Source: a virus. From it: 5,122 bases of DNA. The position numbers and the translations under genes were made by a program. The first letter of the stretch is position 1; each line of letters begins with the position of its first letter. Shown here in pieces: positions 1 through 4,206 of the stretch. The notes beneath the pieces are model-generated. The model was given only the letters and a program-made list of their open reading frames with translations, had not been told where the DNA came from and ran no database searches. The DNA lies in the IMG/VR virus record IMGVR_UViG_3300045988_078885, positions 1 to 5,122 of that record, one strand, 5' to 3'.

Positions 1-55
1 CCAATCTAAACTTTTATCTAAACGACAACCAATACATTGACCACAGGGAACCTTA
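1..55. repeat. Terminal redundancy. Bases 1-55 are identical to 5068-5122, marking the wrap point of a circular 5067-nt genome.
   Basis: Compared base by base: ccaatctaaacttttatctaaacgacaaccaatacattgaccacagggaacctta occurs at both ends. A 55/55 match at both termini of a ~5-kb sequence encoding Microviridae proteins is the signature of a linearised circle. Confidence 0.9.
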
Positions 56-165
56 ACTTCAAAATCTCGCAAACCTTCACTGATATTAAAAACGACAGGC
101 CACTTACCATCAGGCGTCTTTCCATGAGCTGAACGCCAACCAGTAATAGGACAAAAACACGTCAT
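1..165 (-). CDS. Replication initiator Rep/VP4, N-terminal part. The ATG is at 165..163; the ORF continues across the circular junction into 5067..4207. Reconstructed N-terminus: MTCFCPITGWRSAHGKTPDGKWPVVFNISEGLRDFEVKVPCGQCIGCRLDKSLDWAGRCIQESTLWEHNYFLTLTYDD...
   Basis: Extended by hand upstream of the ORF-track start (TTG at 5019) in the same frame through 5122 = 55 and on to an in-frame stop at 181-183. The only ATG in the extension is at 163-165. It contains the CxxC...CxxC-like PCGQCIGCRL segment and the FLTLTY rolling-circle motif I, both typical of gokushovirus VP4. No SD: the upstream sequence is CACCCTTTTTTTT-ATG. Confidence 0.85.
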   Translation of the reverse strand, partial: MTCFCPITGWRSAHGKTPDGKWPVVFNISEGLRDFEVKVPCGQCIGCRLDKSLDW

Positions 166-195
166 AAAAAAAAGGGTGTTTCACGTGAAACACCC
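166..195 (-). terminator. Perfect 22-bp palindrome GGGTGTTTCAC|GTGAAACACCC (174-195) followed on the minus strand by T8 (166-173). Rho-independent-terminator-like, ending 0 nt before the Rep ATG.
   Basis: Reverse complement of gggtgtttcac = gtgaaacaccc (checked). The run of eight A on the plus strand at 166-173 is a T8 on the coding strand directly 3' of the hairpin. Confidence 0.6.
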
Positions 196-234
196 AATCA
201 AAAGGAAGAGAAATGAAAAAGACATCGGCTTCAA

Positions 235-354
235 TTATAACCGAATACCTCCTCGAAGCGGTCGGGCGTCATTCTTTTTGCGGTGCCGCATAGCGGTTTT
301 CGTAAAAAGAGCTTTGCTCTTCCGACGGGAGATCTTCTTTCGAAACTTACTCAT
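235..354 (-). CDS. Small highly basic DNA-binding protein (Microviridae J / gokushovirus VP8-like), 39 aa: MSKFRKKISRRKSKALFTKTAMRHRKKNDARPLRGGIRL
   Basis: Hand-translated minus-strand ORF, ATG at 354..352 and TAA at 237..235. A strong SD (GAGGAGAA) lies 6 nt upstream. About 41% K/R, no acidic stretch. It sits between VP2 and Rep. It is too short to appear in the supplied ORF track. The overlapping plus-strand ORF 176..373 is its antisense shadow. Confidence 0.6.
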   Translation of the reverse strand: MSKFRKKISRRKSKALFTKTAMRHRKKNDARPLRGGIRL

Positions 355-443
355 GGTTTGTTCTCCTCAATAAAACCAATGAATTGAAGAACAGCCTTAA
401 AAATCTCGGCCACGTAAGAAAAAAACTGGTCAATAAACTCCAT
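351..443 (-). CDS. Hypothetical 30-aa peptide MEFIDQFFSYVAEIFKAVLQFIGFIEENKP. Its TGA overlaps the ATG of the J-like gene (ATGA).
   Basis: Hand translation: ATG 443..441, stop 353..351. The stop-start overlap ccATGAgt suggests translational coupling, and the SD of the J-like gene is encoded inside its last codons (att GAG GAG AAc). It has no SD of its own. The strand is T-rich, so an F-rich ORF may arise by chance. Confidence 0.25.
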   Translation of the reverse strand: MEFIDQFFSYVAEIFKAVLQFIGFIEENKP

Positions 444-446
444 TAT

Positions 447-530
447 TTAAAAACCGCGAATAAAAAAGTAAATCAAACCAACAAAAACAACAAGACCGAA
501 AAGCCAAGACAAAAAACTAACGCTTCCCAT
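447..530 (-). CDS. Hypothetical 27-aa single-pass transmembrane peptide MGSVSFLSWLFGLVVFVGLIYFFIRGF. Its start overlaps the VP2 stop. Candidate lysis/membrane peptide.
   Basis: ATG 530..528, TAA 449..447. Sequence context atgggaagcgtTAGt: the VP2 stop TAG lies 9 nt inside this ORF. A GGTGG SD-like element sits 2 nt upstream. About 20 contiguous hydrophobic residues are followed by a basic R. Caveat: the T-rich strand favours hydrophobic codons by chance. Confidence 0.3.
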   Translation of the reverse strand: MGSVSFLSWLFGLVVFVGLIYFFIRGF

Positions 531-1137
531 TGCCACCAGACTCAAAAAAACGATCTGCTAAATCACGAAGACGCTTCAATTCTGAAGCTGACGAAGCATT
601 CTCTGTGATACCAGAAAGAATACCAGCAAGACCACCAACGCCAGGAAAAGCATCATTAGCTTTTTTAATACGAAAAGTCAAAGGATTGTCATCCCAAAAT
701 CGATTTTCACGATACAAAGAATAAGCATTCTCAGAATTTATGACAGCCTGAAGACGATTAGCATTGGCAATAGCTTCTTGAGCAAAACGTTGGTCTTCCT
801 TAAGCTCCGTATCCTTCTTAATGTTATCAATTTCAGCTTTCTGTTTGTTAAGAAGATTTTGCATCTGCAAACCTTGAAAAGCAGAAGAAGCAACATCAGG
901 CATCTGAACAGCAGAACCACCAGCATTAAGACCACCGGTCGAAGCACCTTGGTTAGCAGAAAGAATGGGATTAAGACCGGCCTTACGAAGGTCGTCAACC
1001 TCCCATTGATGGCGATTCTGCATCGCCTCTTTCTGCCATAGCCAATTATGGTACTGGGAAAGGTAGTTGAAGCGGTAGTTTCCATAACCTTGAGCAGCCG
1101 AAGAAGCAGCACCGACAACAGCACCAATCCAAGACAT
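517..1137 (-). CDS. VP2 minor capsid / DNA pilot protein (gokushovirus-type), 206 aa.
   Basis: ATG at 1137..1135, preceded by an AAGGAG SD at a 5-nt spacing (ttctAAGGAGtagttATG). Gly/Ala/Gln/Asn-rich with the KAGLNPILS motif characteristic of gokushovirus VP2. Starts 9 nt after the VP1 stop. Confidence 0.8.
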   Translation of the reverse strand: MSWIGAVVGAASSAAQGYGNYRFNYLSQYHNWLWQKEAMQNRHQWEVDDLRKAGLNPILSANQGASTGGLNAGGSAVQMPDVASSAFQGLQMQNLLNKQKAEIDNIKKDTELKEDQRFAQEAIANANRLQAVINSENAYSLYRENRFWDDNPLTFRIKKANDAFPGVGGLAGILSGITENASSASELKRLRDLADRFFESGGNGKR

Positions 1138-1146
1138 AACTACTCC

Positions 1147-2808
1147 TTAGAAATGATCAACCAAACCAGGTGTCGCATAAATCGGCATCGGTCTAACGCA
1201 TTTCATTTTAAAGAAACAATCACAAATGATAGGCGGTTCGTCAGTAACCGCAACCACTCTTTCAATCGGTGTATTGTCCCGAATGAACTCACCGTTAAGA
1301 ACAGGAAGCTGATCAAACTTTTCGGCGAGATGCCACACATCAAGCGGCGTACTGGACGTCGAGCGAAGTTGACCAGTGATCATCGACTGATGGTACCGAT
1401 ACTCAGCATAACGCTCTTGGTAACCGAAGACCTTGTCGTCATCTGCAGTGCCTTGGAAATAAATTTCCTTGTTGAGAATCGCTTGCTCACCAAGGTGAGC
1501 CAGAGCAGGCCAATAGAAGTCCCAACGGCCTTTACGACTCCACATGCGCGGAAGACCTTGCTGATACGTGAGATCGGACTGCACACAACAAAAACCGATA
1601 ATCCAACCGTGTTCGACAAACGACTTAGTGAAAGCATGACGAACATCCATGCCAACACCATAAGCTGCCAAGTTACCTTGGGGCGTAGTAGCAGAATCAG
1701 CCGTGCCACTAGTCTGTTGGACAGGGTTAATGTTGATGTGCGAACGACCACCACCGAGATACTCGGGGCGTTGGAGGCGAGCATCGGGAGAAACCACGCC
1801 GAAATGGGAGCGGAGAATTTCGATATAACGTGTGCCGCCGCGAGCGTCACGCTCCATCAACTTCTGGAGTTGGAATGCCTGACGAAGATCATTAATACTA
1901 ATAGGCGTTGCTTCAGAAAGATCTACAGTACCAGAACCAGATGCAGACAAACCAGAGGCATACGACAAAGCGTAACTGTCTCCAGTCTGACCAATATGAA
2001 CAGCCTGATCACCAAGACTAGAAACAGACAAATTATCAGCAACAACAGTAACGCGATTACGATTAAAAGTAAGATTGCCAGAAGAAACGATATCAATATC
2101 GTTGACAACTGCAGGAACAGAACCGCCTAAAGAAATCTCAACACCAGGGCCTTTCTGAGGCCACGGAAGTGCACTCGTAAAGTAATCATGGAACTTAGCA
2201 ACGGGCGGGGGCTCAGATCCGTAAGTCAAAGGATTATCAACATTGGTACCAGAAATAGCCGCATCACCTACAAACTCGCGGTCCGTAGTCTTGTCGATGT
2301 TATAAGCATCCTGCAAGTTTTGATCTCGAAACCACTCGTTCCAAATGAGCGAGATGCAACGAAGCGGAAGCTCCGTCATCTTGCAATCAGCATTGACATT
2401 AACAGGCAAACCAAGGTAATCACCAATAGTCCCAATTTGAAGATTATTAAGCGTAGCCTCGGGGACAAGATAATCAGTAGAAGCAGTGGGACCAGATCTC
2501 TGGTCTCCATTAAGAGCTTCCCAATGATTCCAAACCAATCGGTTAGGAACAAAGAAAAAAAACGTTCGAAGGTACAAATTATCCATGAAAGGCACGATCG
2601 GAGTGGAAAGACGTGCCAAAAGGGAGGCGGTCACATTGAAAGTATCGCCTGGGAGTACCTCATCAATGAAAATCGGGATGAGCTTGCCAGTCTTGAAAGC
2701 CGTCTTGTGATCAAAGTCACGCTTCAAAACTGAACGAGGAATACTCACCTTCGGGAGCTCGACAAATTGGCGAGCAGGATTGCCGTAACGAACAGTAGTT
2801 TTTGACAT
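1147..2808 (-). CDS. VP1 major capsid protein (phiX174 F-like jelly-roll, gokushovirus-type), 553 aa.
   Basis: The N-terminus ...PRSVLKRDFDHKTAFKTGKLIPIFIDEVLPGDTF...FMDNLYLRTFFFFVPNRLVWNHWE... matches the conserved gokushovirus VP1 N-terminal block. The length is typical (~550 aa). SD GAGGTGA lies 8 nt upstream of ATG 2808. Confidence 0.95.
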   Translation of the reverse strand: MSKTTVRYGNPARQFVELPKVSIPRSVLKRDFDHKTAFKTGKLIPIFIDEVLPGDTFNVTASLLARLSTPIVPFMDNLYLRTFFFFVPNRLVWNHWEALNGDQRSGPTASTDYLVPEATLNNLQIGTIGDYLGLPVNVNADCKMTELPLRCISLIWNEWFRDQNLQDAYNIDKTTDREFVGDAAISGTNVDNPLTYGSEPPPVAKFHDYFTSALPWPQKGPGVEISLGGSVPAVVNDIDIVSSGNLTFNRNRVTVVADNLSVSSLGDQAVHIGQTGDSYALSYASGLSASGSGTVDLSEATPISINDLRQAFQLQKLMERDARGGTRYIEILRSHFGVVSPDARLQRPEYLGGGRSHININPVQQTSGTADSATTPQGNLAAYGVGMDVRHAFTKSFVEHGWIIGFCCVQSDLTYQQGLPRMWSRKGRWDFYWPALAHLGEQAILNKEIYFQGTADDDKVFGYQERYAEYRYHQSMITGQLRSTSSTPLDVWHLAEKFDQLPVLNGEFIRDNTPIERVVAVTDEPPIICDCFFKMKCVRPMPIYATPGLVDHF

Positions 2809-2840
2809 CTTTAGGTCACCTCATTGGAAATTCGGTGTCA

Positions 2841-2875
2841 CCTCACACAGTTACATCAAGATTAACTGTGTGAGG
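2841..2875 (-). promoter_or_regulatory. Perfect 13-bp inverted repeat (cctcacacagtta / taactgtgtgagg) with a 9-nt loop, in the VP3-VP1 intergenic space.
   Basis: Arms 2841-2853 and 2863-2875 are exact reverse complements. It begins 1 nt after the VP3 stop (2877-2879). No T-run follows on the coding strand, so this is not a classic terminator. More likely an mRNA-stability or processing hairpin, or an ssDNA structural element. Confidence 0.55.
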
Positions 2876-2876
2876 T

Positions 2877-3293
2877 TCAAACCGCAGGTTCCTGAGTCGG
2901 AACTGCGGGCTGGGTTTCAGGTTCAGCAGCTGGTTTTGAGGGACTCAAATCGCCTGCAAGTTGTTTCTTAGCGGCTTCCTCAACCAAAGACTCGACCCAA
3001 AGGCGAGGGTCGTCTTGGAATTCACGGCGTTTGTCCGCGGGAAGTTCCGCAAACGTGGCATTGACCGCAAGAATCTTATTGAGCTGTTCCTGATAATCAC
3101 CGACATCGCTGACATCCAAATGCACAGCGGCAGACGCGCGAGCGGGATCACCGAGCAAACCAGTCGCACGGTAACGCTTCAAGTAATAATCGATTGTTGT
3201 CTGAGGGTACTCAGACTGCACCGTCATTGACGGCTTCTTGTAAGTCGTGCCCTTGGAGGGCACACGAGCCGAATAGCGATCTTTAAACTTCAT
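2877..3293 (-). CDS. VP3 internal scaffolding protein (gokushovirus-type), 138 aa from ATG 3293. The ORF track extends it to a GTG at 3347.
   Basis: The central segment ...FAELPADKRREFQDDPRLWVESL... resembles the conserved LPAxVRxxFxNxP...L block of gokushovirus VP3. The C-terminus is acidic/Pro-rich. ATG 3293 has a GAGGA SD 9 nt upstream and overlaps the 3' end of the upstream ORF (ATGAAGTTTAA). Confidence 0.7.
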   Translation of the reverse strand: MKFKDRYSARVPSKGTTYKKPSMTVQSEYPQTTIDYYLKRYRATGLLGDPARASAAVHLDVSDVGDYQEQLNKILAVNATFAELPADKRREFQDDPRLWVESLVEEAAKKQLAGDLSPSKPAAEPETQPAVPTQEPAV

Positions 3294-3549
3294 CTTCCAA
3301 ATCCTCACCGACAAAAGTGAAATCGCACCATTCAGAAATGGCAACACCGTCTTCGTAAAAACGACGCTTTCTTAAACTTACGCTTTCTTTACTAGAAAGA
3401 ACAGCATGGGTCACATCTTTCGCCATCGGGTGTCGCGCAACCATACGACCCGCCTTTGTGGCGGCTCCGCGGAATGATTCAGCCGCGAGATGCACGCACG
3501 CTAATTTATATACGCCGTGCCAAATCGACAAACTGTATAAGCTAACCAT
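3283..3549 (-). CDS. Hypothetical protein, 88 aa, with an acidic C-terminus (EDLEDEV). Translationally coupled to VP3.
   Basis: ATG 3549..3547 with a strong SD AAGGAGA 6 nt upstream. Its stop TAA (3285..3283) falls 8 nt after the VP3 ATG. I do not recognise any family. Confidence 0.55.
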   Translation of the reverse strand: MVSLYSLSIWHGVYKLACVHLAAESFRGAATKAGRMVARHPMAKDVTHAVLSSKESVSLRKRRFYEDGVAISEWCDFTFVGEDLEDEV

Positions 3550-3561
3550 GGACTCTCCTTA

Positions 3562-3604
3562 GCTTTTGTTTCACAAAAGCGCGGGGCCCCCCAAGGCCCC
3601 CCGC
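3562..3604 (-). promoter_or_regulatory. Tandem hairpins: AT-type gcttttgt-ttc-acaaaagc (3562-3580) and a GC-rich gcgggg...ccccgc element (3581-3604). On the coding strand the GC hairpin is followed by TTTTGTG.
   Basis: Reverse-complement checks: cttttgt/acaaaag, gcgggg/ccccgc, and the internal self-complementary ggggcccc. On the minus strand the order is GC hairpin, then TTTTGTGAAACAAAAGC, then the SD of the 88-aa ORF. This is terminator-like and would have to be leaky. Confidence 0.5.
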
Positions 3605-3638
3605 ACGTCAACGCTCGCCTGCGGCCTCGCTGGAGGCT

Positions 3639-3848
3639 CTACGCATGACCAACAACGTCACAAATAAACGAATCATTCTTGACAAGACAATAAAACAATT
3701 TGTCAACATCTTTGTCATAAAAGAAATAACCAACTAAACGGCCTTGAGCTACCGCGCGGGAAAGCCCGCTTGGTGCCTCGATTGCGCCGCTTCGCTGGGC
3801 TCGTCGAGGTCGATTTTTTTCCGCCTTCGGCGGCTTTCCATCAGACAT
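3639..3848 (-). CDS. Questionable 69-aa basic ORF (MSDGKPPKAEKNRPRRAQRSG...) running through the hairpin-rich non-coding block. Probably not coding.
   Basis: The ATG at 3848..3846 overlaps the stop of the 110-aa ORF (ATGTCTGA). The N-terminus is K/R-rich. The Ala/Gly-rich middle is encoded by GC hairpins (3755-3833), and the AT block carries promoter-like hexamers. A second J-like protein is unlikely given the 39-aa candidate with the strong SD. Confidence 0.2.
   Translation of the reverse strand: MSDGKPPKAEKNRPRRAQRSGAIEAPSGLSRAVAQGRLVGYFFYDKDVDKLFYCLVKNDSFICDVVGHA
3755..3833. promoter_or_regulatory. Cluster of GC-rich hairpins: gcggg-aaag-cccgc (3756-3769); cctcga...tcgagg (3776-3809) followed by a plus-strand T7 (3814-3820); ccgcc-ttc-ggcgg (3821-3833).
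   Basis: All stems were verified by reverse complement. On the plus strand a hairpin followed by a T7 run resembles a rho-independent terminator. In ssDNA these would form stable stem-loops. This is the largest non-coding stretch of the genome. Confidence 0.5.
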
Positions 3849-4173
3849 TTTTCTCAACCTTATTAGAAGAGGATGCTTTCGCAAGTTCAGAAGCGAAACG
3901 TTCAGCCTTAAGAGCAGAAATGCGAGCCTCAACACCGGTCATGATTTGAACACGATTAGTGGATTCATCTTCATTCTGGAAAATGGAGCCAGTGCCCTCA
4001 TAAAAGGCACCAAGACACCAAAGATCAAAATCTTCAGGATTGCGAGAAATGACAGTGCGTGCGTCACGACAAAGATCGACAAAACTGCGCTTGGCAAGAT
4101 CGTGATTGACACAGAAAAAAGGCGTGTTGTATGACTGAGCCTTTTTGTCATAAACGCTATACAAAAACTGCAT
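3841..4173 (-). CDS. Hypothetical protein, 110 aa from ATG 4173, in the VP5 position immediately downstream of Rep.
   Basis: The ATG at 4173..4171 is preceded by TGAGGT and a 6-nt spacer (gagTGAGGTtttttATG). The ORF track starts it at a GTG at 4185. Begins 33 nt after the Rep stop. Assignment as VP5 is by position only. Sequence: MQFLYSVYDKKAQSYNTPFFCVNHDLAKRSFVDLCRDARTVISRNPEDFDLWCLGAFYEG... Confidence 0.55.
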   Translation of the reverse strand: MQFLYSVYDKKAQSYNTPFFCVNHDLAKRSFVDLCRDARTVISRNPEDFDLWCLGAFYEGTGSIFQNEDESTNRVQIMTGVEARISALKAERFASELAKASSSNKVEKNV

Positions 4174-4206
4174 AAAAAACCTCACTCAACATAATAGTAG
4201 TTGTGG

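Noticed and set aside
234-262. TATAAT on the coding strand (239-234) as a possible Rep promoter -10
   Set aside because: The best upstream -35-like hexamer (TTCGAG) is only 12 nt away, and the hexamer overlaps the J-like stop codon. Not convincing as a sigma70 promoter.
176-373. Plus-strand 65-aa ORF (MFHVKHPIKRKRNEKD...)
   Set aside because: It is antisense to the strong-SD 39-aa J-like gene and to the Rep-proximal terminator. All real genes are on the other strand. Its basic character is the mirror image of the K/R codons opposite.
384-608. Plus-strand 74-aa K/N-rich ORF
   Set aside because: A product of the A-rich plus strand (AAA/AAC codons). It is antisense to the VP2 3' end and the micro-ORF region. 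No SD.
738-1127. Minus-strand 129-aa hydrophobic ORF overlapping VP2 in another frame
   Set aside because: It starts with a non-ATG codon, lacks an SD, and has L/V/F-rich composition expected from the T-rich coding strand. VP2 in the main frame is clearly the real gene.
1048-2733. Plus-strand ORFs of 360 aa and 181 aa
   Set aside because: Both lie entirely antisense to VP1. No recognisable motifs, and Arg/Ser/Thr-rich composition typical of antisense frames.
3939-4151. Minus-strand 70-aa and plus-strand 62-aa ORFs inside the 110-aa ORF region
   Set aside because: Alternate-frame and antisense shadows of the better-supported 110-aa ORF. No SD and no motifs.
4181-4206. Weak dif-like (XerCD) resemblance ctcAACATAAtagtagTTGTGGTCACt in the Rep-ORF110 spacer. 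Considered because some enterobacterial gokushoviruses integrate at dif.
   Set aside because: Only about 7/11 matches in each arm to the E. coli dif consensus as I recall it. It overlaps the SD of the 110-aa ORF and the Rep stop. The match cannot be distinguished from chance without a search.
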